Assembly: GCA_016927185.1 (NCBI GenBank)
Contig: JAFGND010000006.1
Span: forward strand, 1-64,000
Direction: 5' to 3'
Length of the DNA: 64,000 nucleotides
Source: Candidatus Coatesbacteria bacterium
GTDB lineage: Bacteria > JAFGND01
Under the pieces are notes generated by a model. That model made no database searches. It saw only the letters and a list, made by a program, of their open reading frames with translations, and was not told the origin of the DNA. Shown here in pieces: positions 19,576 to 30,434 of the stretch (positions within the stretch are counted from its first letter, which is position 1; each line of letters begins with the position of its first letter). Made by a program: the position numbers and the translations under genes.

Positions 19576-21375
19576 TTATTTAACATATTTAAATGGTTTA
19601 TAATCAAGTCCATCTCCATTGAAAAAATACCTGTAACTCTCTATGAAATTCAAACGCAAGCCATGCAGGAAACCTCCCATTATGCTAAGACCGAGATTAA
19701 TTATATGTCCTGCGATAAACAACAAGATTGCCAGAATGAATCCTGCATATGGTATATTTCTAGAAAGCTCCATTCCCATATTATTGAAAGTTGAAGACAA
19801 GCATGCCCCTGCCAGACCAAGTGCAAACAAGCGCAGATAACTTAGAACATCAGCGAAAAGCTGTGTTATTCCTAGCATACCGTATAATCCTTCCAGAATC
19901 CTTATGAGTATATTCTTGCTGGAACTAGTGAAAAGAAAAACCATGCTGAAACCCATAATCAGTCCATATTTACCATATACAGCTGCCCATTTTGTCTCTG
20001 GTGAAGGCCAGATGCCCCACCAGAATGCAAAGCCTGACCAGAGAACAATTATCCAGCCAATGGTTGTAAGCTTCTCCAGGATAGATTTTATTCTGAGAGA
20101 CACAATATAAGCAAAAGTCAAATGGACAACTCCAAGAAATATTGATAAATACATTACTCTTTCCATTGATGCCATGTCCTTTATATCAATGGCAAAAGGA
20201 GCAATTTGCCTGAAGAAATCTCCTCCATATTCATATATTGTAGTTCCAAAAAATGTTGATGATAATATGCCATAAGTGATAGTGCTTAAGGAAAGAAGAA
20301 TGCTCAATCTGAAAAATCTTTTCCCGAAGTCACTTCTAGACAACAATTTCCTTAAGAATAACATTATTAATAACAAAGTCAATCCGTATCCTGCATCAGA
20401 CATTATCATTCCAAAAAAGATTATGAAAAAGACCAATACAATGGTAGAAGAATCGCTCTCCCAGTAGTTAGGAAGTGAATAGACTTTAACGAAATCATAG
20501 ATAGATTGAATCCATTTGGGATTCTTGATAAGACACGGCACCTGTTCATCTTCTTCGGCTTCCTTTTCCATGAAAACAAGCTTGAAGCCGGATAATGCGT
20601 TTCTGACTGTTTCCACTTCTTTCAAAGGACACCATGCTTCAATAGCAAAAAGGATTTCCTTATCCAGGGAAGTTTCTTTTGCTTCTTCAAATGAAATTGC
20701 ATTAATAAGGTTATTATCTAAATCCTTGTTGTCCTGAAAATATTCTAAATAACTTGCTGCGATTTCTTCTATCTCTATTATTCTTTTCTCTGTCCTTGCA
20801 AGCTCATCTTCAATATCCTTTAGGCTTTTTTCTGGCAGTGGATATTCCTGAGATTTAGGAATACTGATGATATCACCATTTTTTGTGAATATTGCTATAT
20901 ATAAGGTTTCAGCAATTTCATTTATTACGAAAAAATACTCTGGCTTATCCTTTAGATCTTCCCACTTCCGTTTTGGAATGCTGACAAGCTGAACATTAAT
21001 ATTTCTTTTTTCCAGTTTCCTTATTTGATCAATATCAAAATAGGAAAATGGAAGATATCTTCTGAATATGGTTTTTATATGTATAACATTATGATGGAGT
21101 TTTTCATGTTCTATATGAAGTTTCATCAATTCTCCATATGGATCTTTTGTATCAGTTTTCCTTTCAACTTTTCTTTTAGCAAAAAGGCTGGAAACCCATT
21201 TCTTAATCATCAGGTGCTCTTTCATGGTTTTAGATAGATTGAAAAATTCCTGAGATTCAGCCTGCCGGAGAGGAATAATATGTACCAATCCCTTTGTCTG
21301 CAGTGTTTCCAGTATTCTTTTCTTATCACTTGACAAGCCGATTATCTGAAGTTTTTTCATTTTTACTATAGCCAC
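19576..21375 (-). CDS. atpI: V/A-type ATPase subunit I
   Basis: MIMSDAGYG, FADVLSYLRLFALGLA, HGLRLNFIE. Start is probably GTG 21375 (MAIVKMKK). Confidence 0.93.
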   Translation of the reverse strand: MAIVKMKKLQIIGLSSDKKRILETLQTKGLVHIIPLRQAESQEFFNLSKTMKEHLMIKKWVSSLFAKRKVERKTDTKDPYGELMKLHIEHEKLHHNVIHIKTIFRRYLPFSYFDIDQIRKLEKRNINVQLVSIPKRKWEDLKDKPEYFFVINEIAETLYIAIFTKNGDIISIPKSQEYPLPEKSLKDIEDELARTEKRIIEIEEIAASYLEYFQDNKDLDNNLINAISFEEAKETSLDKEILFAIEAWCPLKEVETVRNALSGFKLVFMEKEAEEDEQVPCLIKNPKWIQSIYDFVKVYSLPNYWESDSSTIVLVFFIIFFGMIMSDAGYGLTLLLIMLFLRKLLSRSDFGKRFFRLSILLSLSTITYGILSSTFFGTTIYEYGGDFFRQIAPFAIDIKDMASMERVMYLSIFLGVVHLTFAYIVSLRIKSILEKLTTIGWIIVLWSGFAFWWGIWPSPETKWAAVYGKYGLIMGFSMVFLFTSSSKNILIRILEGLYGMLGITQLFADVLSYLRLFALGLAGACLSSTFNNMGMELSRNIPYAGFILAILLFIAGHIINLGLSIMGGFLHGLRLNFIESYRYFFNGDGLDYKPFKYVK

Positions 21376-21377
21376 AA

Positions 21378-21986
21378 TTACTCCATCATGCTTATTTTCA
21401 GTTTTGCAATTTTTGCCCTGCATACTGCAGCAACTTCCATGTCGCCAAGATAAATCTTTATTACTCTAATATTCTCCTGACACTCTGGAATTCTGACTTT
21501 CTCGAATAAATTCACTCTCTGCGTAGTCTTTCTTAATTCTCTGTTAAGCAGTTCTTCCTGTTTCTTCAATATGCTGACATTTATCTTTCTAGTTAAATAG
21601 TCCTTCAGCTGTTCAGAAGCAGGTATTGTATATGGTTTTACAAGAAGAAGTGGAAATGTGTTTGTTTTCCAGATAATTCTATCAAGAACGGGGATGTCAA
21701 TTCCTGCTATGTTTTCATTATGAATATCAAGTTTCTCAACTTCGATAAACTGCTTGACAGGAATAAGAGCAGTCTTCTCTACTATCAGAATTCCTGCCCA
21801 GATAAGGATCTCCTTTTTCAGCTTATCAAGCAGGACCCTTTCTCCATCAATCTTTTCTTCCAATTCACGGATAGTTGCCTGCAATTGCTGCTTCTTGAGC
21901 TTCAGTGTAGGCAGAAACTTGTTATATCTTCTAAGAAGATCTTTCTGCTTCTTCAGTTCAGTTTGAGTAAACTTGATTTTTGACAT
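21378..21986 (-). CDS. atpD: V/A-type ATPase subunit D
   Basis: FLPTLKLKKQQL and ELRKTTQRVNLFEKVRIP. Confidence 0.95.
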   Translation of the reverse strand: MSKIKFTQTELKKQKDLLRRYNKFLPTLKLKKQQLQATIRELEEKIDGERVLLDKLKKEILIWAGILIVEKTALIPVKQFIEVEKLDIHNENIAGIDIPVLDRIIWKTNTFPLLLVKPYTIPASEQLKDYLTRKINVSILKKQEELLNRELRKTTQRVNLFEKVRIPECQENIRVIKIYLGDMEVAAVCRAKIAKLKISMME

Positions 21987-21989
21987 CTT

Positions 21990-23285
21990 CTATCGCCAAT
22001 ACTTGTCTACAAGAGCTTTCTTCAGAGGAATATGCTCTTTCGAAAAGCATTTTCCCAATATTTCCCAGCATTTGTCCAAAGCTTCCTCAAGAGGGACGAC
22101 TTTAGTCAGATCCATCATTTCCAGTTCAAACATCTCTCCATATTTAAGTAATTTGTGATCCCATGTACTCGGTTCAAATCCCATTGAAATCTTGTCCTGA
22201 ACCTGTTTCGTTTCTGCATAAAGCTGAATCATTACCTTCATAAGCTCCTTGTGATCTTCCCTTGTAACTTTGCTTACAACAAGCTGTTTCAATCTGGAGA
22301 GACTTCCGAATGGATCAATTTTCCCTCCATGCAGATAAAACTGACCTTCAGTAATGTATCCAGTATTATCCGGAATTGGATGAGTTACATCATTACCGGG
22401 CATTGTTGTCACTGCCAAAACTGTTATACTTCCAGCTCCTTCGAAATCAACCGCCTTCTCGTATCTTCTTGCCAGCTGGGAATACAAGTCACCAGGATAT
22501 CCCCTGTTTGAAGGAATCTGCTCCATAAAAATGGCTATCTCCTTCAAACTGTCTGAAAATGCTGTCATGTCAGTCAATAGAACCAGCACTCGCTTGCCTT
22601 CAAGAGCAAATTGCTCTGCAGCTGCAAGTGAAATGTCTGGTATGAGCAGGCACTCTACAACAGGATCAGCTGCTGTATGAATGAACATAACAGAGCGCGA
22701 GAGGTTTCCACCCTCTTCAAATTTTTTCCTGAAAAACAGGTAATCATCATATTTCAAGCCCATTCCACCAAGTATTATTACATCAGCTTCCGCAGCTAAT
22801 GCAATTCTTGCAAGAAGGGGATTATAAGGCTCTCCCGGAATTGAGAAAATGGGTAATTTCTGGCTTTCAACAAGGCTGTTGAAAACATCTATCATTGGGA
22901 TATTTGTTCTTATCATGTTTCTTGGAATAATTCTCCTTGCGGGATTGACTGAAGGTCCGCCTATTGCTGTCTGCTTGCCATCTGTTAATGAAGGTTTGCC
23001 ATCAATTGGAGAGCCATCTCCGCGGAAAATCCTGCCAAGCAAATCAGTTGAATATATGAGCTCCATCTGTCTGGACAGAAACTGGATCTTGTCGCTGGTA
23101 CTCACGCCTCTGGTTCCGCCAAATACCTGAAGTATCACTTTTTCCCTGTCAATCCTTATTACCTGAGCCAGCCTGATTTCTCCCTTTACTTCAAGTCTTG
23201 CAAGTTCTCCCATACAGACATCGGATGCCTTGACTTCTATTACACTTCCAGTTATTCTTTCTATATGATGAAATGTTTTTATCAT
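21990..23285 (-). CDS. atpB: V/A-type ATPase subunit B
   Basis: [31 protein letters not shown]. Start is probably ATG 23285. Confidence 0.95.
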   Translation of the reverse strand: MIKTFHHIERITGSVIEVKASDVCMGELARLEVKGEIRLAQVIRIDREKVILQVFGGTRGVSTSDKIQFLSRQMELIYSTDLLGRIFRGDGSPIDGKPSLTDGKQTAIGGPSVNPARRIIPRNMIRTNIPMIDVFNSLVESQKLPIFSIPGEPYNPLLARIALAAEADVIILGGMGLKYDDYLFFRKKFEEGGNLSRSVMFIHTAADPVVECLLIPDISLAAAEQFALEGKRVLVLLTDMTAFSDSLKEIAIFMEQIPSNRGYPGDLYSQLARRYEKAVDFEGAGSITVLAVTTMPGNDVTHPIPDNTGYITEGQFYLHGGKIDPFGSLSRLKQLVVSKVTREDHKELMKVMIQLYAETKQVQDKISMGFEPSTWDHKLLKYGEMFELEMMDLTKVVPLEEALDKCWEILGKCFSKEHIPLKKALVDKYWR

Positions 23286-23286
23286 C

Positions 23287-25041
23287 TTACAGAACTCCTT
23301 CCAGCATCTTGTTGATTTCAACTTCCAATTCTCTTGCTTCCTCAGATTCTCTAGGTTCAGTATTCCATCTACTGAAAGTCCCTATCAGTTTCATGAAAAA
23401 TGCTCTCGCTTCATCCTTGTTCTTGAAAGTAAAATCCTTATCTACGAATTTCTTAACCACATAAAGCATTTTGACTTGCCTTTCCTCACTGCAGAAACTG
23501 TCTACATCATCGTATGCATCCTGTTGCAGAAAGACACTATCAAGGAAATACGATTTCAGATATATTATGAAATCATTCATCGCAGTTCCTTCCTCACCAA
23601 CCACCATCATTTGCTGGTAAATCTCTTCACCCCTGAATAATAAATCGTGAAGCTTTAAGATGTCCTTTACCCATGTTCTGGATCTTGTTTTCAGGAGATT
23701 CTCTTCCATTTGCTCTTGATATTTTGACCAGGAAATCAAGGGATCTATTGCTGGATACTTTCTTGCATCGGATCTCTGTCTTGACAAACCAAGGAATGCC
23801 CCTACAACTGACAATGTACTCATTGTTACTGGTTCCTCGAAATTACCTCCGGCAGGAGATACTGTCCCGCCAATGGTTACAGAACCAGTTTTTTTATCAT
23901 ACAATTCCACTAGTCCGGATCTTTCATAAAACGCGGAAATCACGCTTTGAAGATATGCAGGGAATGCTTCTTCTCCCGGTATCTCTTCAAGCCTTCCTGA
24001 CATCTCCCTCAAAGCTTGAGCCCATCTTGAAGTGGAATCTGCAAGCAACAGAACATTCAAACCCATTTGCCTGTAATACTCAGCTATTGTAACTGCAGTA
24101 TAAACTGATGCCTCTCTTGCTGCAACAGGCATTGAAGATGTATTGCATATTATGCAGGTTCTTTCCATGAGGCTTCTTCCAGTCCGAGGATCTTTTATTT
24201 CCGGAAATTCCCTCAATACTTCTACAACTTCTCCAGCGCGCTCTCCACATGCTGCTACCACAACTATGTCAACAAGTGCATTTCTTGAAATGGTCTGCTG
24301 GACGACTGTCTTGCCTGCCCCGAATGGTCCCGGTATGCAGAATGTGCCTCCCCTAGCAATCGGAAAGAATGTATCTATGATCCTGTAGCCAGTCATTAAT
24401 GGAGTATCAGGTAAAAGTTTCTCTTTATATGTTTTTATCGGTATCTTGACAGGCCAGGTCTGAGTCATATTTATTTCATACTCTTTACCACTGTCGTTGG
24501 AAAGAATAGCCAATCTATCCTTGATCTTATAATCCCCCTTTGCCGCTATATGCAAGATTTTGCATTTTTCCTTTATATTGAATGGAACAAATATCTTGTG
24601 ATCAAAAATACCCTCATTTACGAAACCAATCTCCATGCCACCTTTCAGTGTTTCCCCGGTGTTTACTGATGGAGCGAATTTCCATACTCTATCTGGATCA
24701 AGAGGAAAGATATATTTCCCGCGCTGAAGGAAAAAACCGGTTTCCTCTGCTAATCTGTATAACGGGTTCTGCAAACCATCAAAAACAGTTCCCAGCATTC
24801 CCGGACCTAAAACAACAGACAGCAATTCATTACTGAACTCGACACTGTCTCCAACCTTGATCTGATTTGTTTCTTCAAAAACCTGCATGTCACAAAATTC
24901 ATTATGAATTCTTATAACTTCAGCCTTGAGCCTCAGATTCTCGTTCAAGACAATATAAGCTACCTCGTTCTGGATGACTTTCTCTTCAAAAGTAGATGTC
25001 ACCATATTCCCATTTATAGCAATAACTTTGCCTGATCTCAA
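23287..25041 (-). CDS. atpA: V/A-type ATPase catalytic subunit A
   Basis: [39 protein letters not shown] start. Confidence 0.97.
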   Translation of the reverse strand: MRSGKVIAINGNMVTSTFEEKVIQNEVAYIVLNENLRLKAEVIRIHNEFCDMQVFEETNQIKVGDSVEFSNELLSVVLGPGMLGTVFDGLQNPLYRLAEETGFFLQRGKYIFPLDPDRVWKFAPSVNTGETLKGGMEIGFVNEGIFDHKIFVPFNIKEKCKILHIAAKGDYKIKDRLAILSNDSGKEYEINMTQTWPVKIPIKTYKEKLLPDTPLMTGYRIIDTFFPIARGGTFCIPGPFGAGKTVVQQTISRNALVDIVVVAACGERAGEVVEVLREFPEIKDPRTGRSLMERTCIICNTSSMPVAAREASVYTAVTIAEYYRQMGLNVLLLADSTSRWAQALREMSGRLEEIPGEEAFPAYLQSVISAFYERSGLVELYDKKTGSVTIGGTVSPAGGNFEEPVTMSTLSVVGAFLGLSRQRSDARKYPAIDPLISWSKYQEQMEENLLKTRSRTWVKDILKLHDLLFRGEEIYQQMMVVGEEGTAMNDFIIYLKSYFLDSVFLQQDAYDDVDSFCSEERQVKMLYVVKKFVDKDFTFKNKDEARAFFMKLIGTFSRWNTEPRESEEARELEVEINKMLEGVL

Positions 25042-25754
25042 ATATTTACCTCCATTGAAATTTCCTCCAATAAACTATCTCCATCCGCAGTTCTTATTTC
25101 ATGCCATTTTTCCAGAAGCATCAGCTTCAGATGATAGGCAATAATGACTTCCATGCTCCAGTGTCTGCATGCAATTCTTTCTGACAGGAAATCCCATAGA
25201 ACAAGATCATAATTCGCCTGCATTTTTTTCAAATCTGATGTCTGACTTAATATATCAGGGAGTTTATTCTCAGCGATATGAAGAGCATCAGCACTAATCT
25301 CCTTTTTATATGCTTCATTCTTTAACTGTATCTTACTTTGTGTCCTTAAAAGGGCTAATTCAAGGTAAATGTAGTCCTTAAGTATTGGTAACCTTACTTT
25401 TTTCAAGATGTTATCATAATAGTCAATATATAACATTTCCAGGGCATCATCATAATCCTCTTCTGATATAAGGAACCTTTCCATGAAATCAAGAGCCATG
25501 GAAGGCTGTCTTAAAAAACCTTCAAGATCCTTGTATGTAAAATTAGCTGGTTCATGTGGCGGTTTTTCACCTTTTTTTATTGAAACCAGATTCCTGATAT
25601 CATATATCAGAAGCACACTGCTGAATATTTCATTATCATCCTTTGTCAAATAGCTCCTTACAAGTGCAATCCATTCTGAAAATTCAAAGGGGGGCTTGCT
25701 GTCCCATTTAAGTTGAGGAAGTCCTGAAACAAATGAGTAATATTTTGCCATCAA
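25038..25754 (-). CDS. DUF2764-family protein (putative divergent V-ATPase subunit C)
   Basis: YYSFVSGLPQL N-terminus and IAYHLKLMLLEKW C-terminus; lies between subunits E and A. Confidence 0.75.
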   Translation of the reverse strand: MMAKYYSFVSGLPQLKWDSKPPFEFSEWIALVRSYLTKDDNEIFSSVLLIYDIRNLVSIKKGEKPPHEPANFTYKDLEGFLRQPSMALDFMERFLISEEDYDDALEMLYIDYYDNILKKVRLPILKDYIYLELALLRTQSKIQLKNEAYKKEISADALHIAENKLPDILSQTSDLKKMQANYDLVLWDFLSERIACRHWSMEVIIAYHLKLMLLEKWHEIRTADGDSLLEEISMEVNI

Positions 25755-25755
25755 G

Positions 25756-26382
25756 CTATTTTTCCTCTTTATATATAATCTTTCTGAATTTAGGTAACAA
25801 GTATGGAGTGAATACTTTTATCAAGCTGTCTTCCGTGAAGTCCCATGTAAAATTCTCATTCTCTATACCTAACCTGAATCCAGTTTCATTCTCTGAAAGC
25901 GGCTTTATTACTACTCCTCTTGCCAGTTTCTGAACTATCTCAGATGCTATCTCCTTTGCCAGCTCATCCCCTTCTTCCTTGTTTACGAATAAAGCTATAT
26001 CGTTTTTGGTTATGCTCGGATCCATGAATGATCTGGATAAGTTGAATATCACCTTCTTTAGAAGACTGCTGTCTGAAAGTACATTACCAACCTGTCTTGA
26101 TATCGAAGGTTTGAAAAGATCATTCTCTATTGATAATTTCAATTTCTTGATGAAGTCACGAGCTGCAAGTTCAAGATTTTCATTGAATGCTTTTTCTGTA
26201 TCCTCAGCTTTTTTCTCGGCAAATTTGACTATCTCATCAGCTTTTTTATTCGCATCTTCCAGTATTTTCCCCGCTTTGGCATTAGCCTCGGAGATTATTT
26301 TATTTGCTTGCTCCTCACCTTTTTCAATACCCTGCTTGTTAAGCTCCTCTAATAAAGCTTGAAGATTTCCTTGTTCTTTCAT
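25756..26382 (-). CDS. atpE: V/A-type ATPase subunit E
   Basis: N-terminal coiled coil (GIEKGEEQANKIISEA); GFRLG...WDFTEDSL; first gene of the operon. Confidence 0.88.
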   Translation of the reverse strand: MKEQGNLQALLEELNKQGIEKGEEQANKIISEANAKAGKILEDANKKADEIVKFAEKKAEDTEKAFNENLELAARDFIKKLKLSIENDLFKPSISRQVGNVLSDSSLLKKVIFNLSRSFMDPSITKNDIALFVNKEEGDELAKEIASEIVQKLARGVVIKPLSENETGFRLGIENENFTWDFTEDSLIKVFTPYLLPKFRKIIYKEEK

Positions 26383-26500
26383 TATTATCCCCTTTAGTTT
26401 TTCTTGAAGGTATTAAGTATATTTTAGAAAAAAAGCAATATTTTTATGACAACACAAACTGCATAGAACCATTTTCTGTCAAGAAGGGAGTTCACAAGCC

Positions 26501-29215
26501 TTGATTGATAATATCTACTCCAGAATCTTCATCAGACTAAGAGATTTCATCGAATTTGATCATTGGATATTGATGAAAAGAAAACATAAAGAAGATCTTT
26601 ATGAAGTTTATTCATCCTTTGAGATGGATCATGAAATCAATGAATTTTCAGCATTCACAGCCAAAAGGATAATAAAGCTTCTTGAAGACAACAGATTGCT
26701 TGTCATTTCTGATTTCAAGGATTATCCTGTACTGAATTTCAAAGGTTTTGATGCAGTCTTTGCTTTTTCAATAGACTGGGATAAGAAAATCTTTGGTTAT
26801 TCTTTCCTCTTAAGTAATAAACGGAAACATACAGGAATAAAGAAAACAGAATTTCTGAAAGATTATATCGAATTGGTTAGCAATTTCCTGATAAATTCGT
26901 ATAAAACAATTCCGGCCATAACTGAGATAAGTTACAAGGACCTGATAGACTACTCAAACGACATTTATATAGTCGAACTTATTTCGATAAATAGTCAAAC
27001 AGAGTATTACATAAATCCTGCAATAGAAAAGATTTTAGGGTATGACAGGGAATTCTTCAGATTGAAATCAGATATAATGAACGTTATTATTCACGAAGAA
27101 GACCGAGACAAATTCGCTATTTTCAATGAAGTGGTAGGTATTGAAAGACAGAGAGGAAATCTTGATCCTTTTGAATTCGAAATAAGACTGAAACATGCTT
27201 CTGGGAGGATAATCTGGTTTCATCTAAGGAATTATCCACAACTTGATTTTTCCAGAAAAGTGATTGGAACAACATCGGTTTTGAGAGATATAAGTGATTA
27301 CAAGGATCTCCAGAATTTTCAGGAAGAACAACAAACAAGACTTCAGACCTTGATAATAAATGCACCAGGCATCATCTTCCTGAAGGATACATCCAGGAAA
27401 TATATTGTCACGAGCAATTTCTACGCGTCTCTTTGGGGATTGACTTCTTCCTCTATAATTGGAAAAACTGACAAAGACATTATGTCAACAACCCAGGCAG
27501 AGAAATTCGAAAAGCTGGAAAACAGGCTTAGCAAAATAGCTCCCTCAATTTCAAATGATGAAGAGCTATGGATAAATAGCTTGTCCAAAAAGATTTATAT
27601 TGATATTCATAGATTGTTACTTGTGAGCCCGTCCAATACAATAATCGGGATATTAGGTCTGGGTCAAGACAAGACAGCAGACAGGTCATTGAGAAGCCTT
27701 AATAAATTCCTATCGCAAGTTATGGAAGACTCCATAGATGGCATTATTGCATGTTCCGCAAATGGAAAGATCATTTTCGTTAACCAGGCATGGAAAGACT
27801 TCTATGGAATACCTAAAGATAAAGCTGTTATTGGTAAGCATCTAAAGGATTTCACTCAAGAACAGGTAGATCTGCTTTCGAGAAGAAGACAGTTGGTAAG
27901 CGGACCAATTACTGATGAAGCGATGATTACAAGAGTAGATGGAACACAAATTCCGGTTATGTATACAAGCTTCTATGTGAAATCAGCAGATACAAATGAA
28001 AAGTATTATGTCTCTTTTCTAAAGGATCTTTCGCAACAACAACTCCTCCAGAGAGAATTGAAAATCCAGACCGAGAAAGCTAATCAGGCAAACAAGTATA
28101 AATCAGAGTTACTTGCATATGTTACTCATGAAATAAAAAATCCTCTCAATACTTTAAGCGGATTTGTTGAACTGCTTCAAAGCAATGATTTGACTGATAC
28201 CCAGAAAGCGAAGTATCTCAAGGCAATATCAGATGCTTCCAAGAGGTTAAATGAGGTTTTGTGTGAAATACTGGATTTCGCCAAAATAGAATCAGGATTC
28301 ATTGCCCAGGAAAACACATCATTTGATTTGATTAATACTATCCAATCTGCTTTTCAGCTAGGGATTCTCACGGCAACAAGAAAAGGACTTTCATGTTATC
28401 TGAATCTGGGAAAGAATTTGCCTGAAACGGTTACAGGTGATCCAATAAAACTCAAGAGCATACTTCTTAATCTTCTTGGGAATGCAACCAAATTCACTCC
28501 TTCAGGAAAGATAATACTGGATGTAAATCTTGTTAACAGTGAGGAGAACAGAACTGTCTGGCTTGAATTCAAGGTTACAGATACAGGTATTGGAATTCCT
28601 AAAGAGCATTTGAAAGATATTTTTGAACCATTCATTCAGCTTGATCCTTCTCCCAGGAATGAAGGGATAGGGCTTGGGTTGAGCATCATAAAGCAGCTAG
28701 TCAGTTTATCCGATGGTACAATAGATCTGCAAAGCGAACTCAATAAGGGAACCTGCTTTTCTGTCAAACTGCCATTCATGATACCGAAAAGCGAGAAAGA
28801 GGAAAATAGTAATGATAAATGCAGAACTAATGCAAATATCATACCTGCCCAATACACAATTCTGTGCGTGGATGATGATTTATTGAATCTGGCTTTGATA
28901 TCTGAATATCTGACTTCAGAAGGATTTCAGGTAGTAAAGGCAAGTGATGGAATGGAAGCCATTAACATAACCAATAACCAACACATAGATCTTATAATAA
29001 TGGATTTATTCATGCCTCACAAGGATGGTTTCTCTGCAACCAGGGAAATCAAGAGCAATCCTTATCTGAAAAGCATTCCTGTTTTTGCCCTGACTGCAGC
29101 TGTAATAATGAGAAACAAAAAAAAGGCATTGGATGCAGGTTTTGATGAAATACTTTCCAAGCCTTGCCCCAAAGATAAACTGGTTAATCTTATTTGTGGA
29201 TACCTCTCTAGATAA
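26501..29215 (+). CDS. Cytoplasmic multi-PAS hybrid histidine kinase / response regulator
   Basis: About three PAS-like repeats; H-box THEIKNPL; NLLGNATKFT, DTGIGI, GLGL; receiver VDDD...MDLFMP...SKP. Confidence 0.92.
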   Translation: MIDNIYSRIFIRLRDFIEFDHWILMKRKHKEDLYEVYSSFEMDHEINEFSAFTAKRIIKLLEDNRLLVISDFKDYPVLNFKGFDAVFAFSIDWDKKIFGYSFLLSNKRKHTGIKKTEFLKDYIELVSNFLINSYKTIPAITEISYKDLIDYSNDIYIVELISINSQTEYYINPAIEKILGYDREFFRLKSDIMNVIIHEEDRDKFAIFNEVVGIERQRGNLDPFEFEIRLKHASGRIIWFHLRNYPQLDFSRKVIGTTSVLRDISDYKDLQNFQEEQQTRLQTLIINAPGIIFLKDTSRKYIVTSNFYASLWGLTSSSIIGKTDKDIMSTTQAEKFEKLENRLSKIAPSISNDEELWINSLSKKIYIDIHRLLLVSPSNTIIGILGLGQDKTADRSLRSLNKFLSQVMEDSIDGIIACSANGKIIFVNQAWKDFYGIPKDKAVIGKHLKDFTQEQVDLLSRRRQLVSGPITDEAMITRVDGTQIPVMYTSFYVKSADTNEKYYVSFLKDLSQQQLLQRELKIQTEKANQANKYKSELLAYVTHEIKNPLNTLSGFVELLQSNDLTDTQKAKYLKAISDASKRLNEVLCEILDFAKIESGFIAQENTSFDLINTIQSAFQLGILTATRKGLSCYLNLGKNLPETVTGDPIKLKSILLNLLGNATKFTPSGKIILDVNLVNSEENRTVWLEFKVTDTGIGIPKEHLKDIFEPFIQLDPSPRNEGIGLGLSIIKQLVSLSDGTIDLQSELNKGTCFSVKLPFMIPKSEKEENSNDKCRTNANIIPAQYTILCVDDDLLNLALISEYLTSEGFQVVKASDGMEAINITNNQHIDLIIMDLFMPHKDGFSATREIKSNPYLKSIPVFALTAAVIMRNKKKALDAGFDEILSKPCPKDKLVNLICGYLSR

Positions 29216-30434
29216 CAACGCATTTCATTGCATAATCCTGATTCAAATATTCTGGATTTTCATTGAGTTGAGGAAGATAATACAATAATGTTGCTCTTTT
29301 ATCAAGATTTATCTGATTAATAGCAATATTCATCAATTGCTTTTTATTCCCGTAATACTTCTTCAATATGGTATTAGCTTTTGAAATATCATAAATAAGA
29401 GGAATTGAAGATGTTTTTTTAATAACTCTTAATAAGGATTCTCTTGATTTCCTGTATCCAAGTATTCTTGCATAAAGTGGTCCTTTTTCAATGAATTCCT
29501 GGTTTTCTCCTTCCTTGAAATCAAGTATGACGTACCATAACATTCTTTGCAGGCGAGTCAAGGTATATTGCTTTACCTGTATTTTTTTCATGAACTCCTC
29601 AAATTTCAATCCCTGAGATATAACTTTTTTTAAATGATTGATAATACCTCCCTTGCCCTGAAAAAAGGATAAAGATTTATTCATGCTATTCAGAGCAAAT
29701 ATCCAAAGCGAATAGAAATCCTTTTGAAAAACCGGATTCCCTCTTTCAAGATCCCTGTTTACATATTCAGGAACCAGGTCAGATATATTTTCACCTTTTT
29801 CTAAAGCACATCTTAATGAGGTTGCACTAGCAATTTTCTCATGTTTTATTTCTCTTTCTTTATAATCACTTATAACTCTTTTTATTGTCTTTGTTTTCCA
29901 TGAAGATCCCTGAAGACTGATTATATAATTAACTCCAAGAATATTATTAGATTTGGAAAGAATTCCTGAATATTTTCTTTTCTCTTCTTCATCAACACTA
30001 TTCAGAATAAAATTTTCAAGCTCTTCAGGGAAAAGCTTATCAGGACTTGACTTGAAAGTCTCCTTCTTTTTCTCTATCAATGACGCAAGTTCGGTAAGAG
30101 TGTTGATATCACCTTCTTCACTTCCGAAGACAAGAGTTCCATCCGGAATCAATCTTTCAAGCAAGCTTGTTGCTCCTTTTGCAAAATAAGGTGCACTCTG
30201 CAGTGAAAAAGCAACAGGGATTTCAACTACAAGATCCATTCCAGATGCCAGTGCCCATCTTGCTCTTGTCCACTTGTCAATTACTGAAGGTTCCCCTCTT
30301 TGCATAAAATGACCACTCATCACGGCAATAGTGTAATCTGGATTAACAAGTTCCTTTGCTTTTTCAATATGATAAATATGTCCATTATGAAGAGGATTAT
30401 ACTCAACTATCAGACCAAGAATTCTTCCCGTCAT
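29208..30434 (-). CDS. tmcAL: tRNA(Met) cytidine acetate ligase (HIGH-motif nucleotidyltransferase, UPF0348)
   Basis: GLIVEYNPLHNGHIYH, MSGHFMQRGEP, FGSE, NNILG, SATSLR, YTLTRLQR, YARILG. Confidence 0.9.
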   Translation of the reverse strand: MTGRILGLIVEYNPLHNGHIYHIEKAKELVNPDYTIAVMSGHFMQRGEPSVIDKWTRARWALASGMDLVVEIPVAFSLQSAPYFAKGATSLLERLIPDGTLVFGSEEGDINTLTELASLIEKKKETFKSSPDKLFPEELENFILNSVDEEEKRKYSGILSKSNNILGVNYIISLQGSSWKTKTIKRVISDYKEREIKHEKIASATSLRCALEKGENISDLVPEYVNRDLERGNPVFQKDFYSLWIFALNSMNKSLSFFQGKGGIINHLKKVISQGLKFEEFMKKIQVKQYTLTRLQRMLWYVILDFKEGENQEFIEKGPLYARILGYRKSRESLLRVIKKTSSIPLIYDISKANTILKKYYGNKKQLMNIAINQINLDKRATLLYYLPQLNENPEYLNQDYAMKCVVI

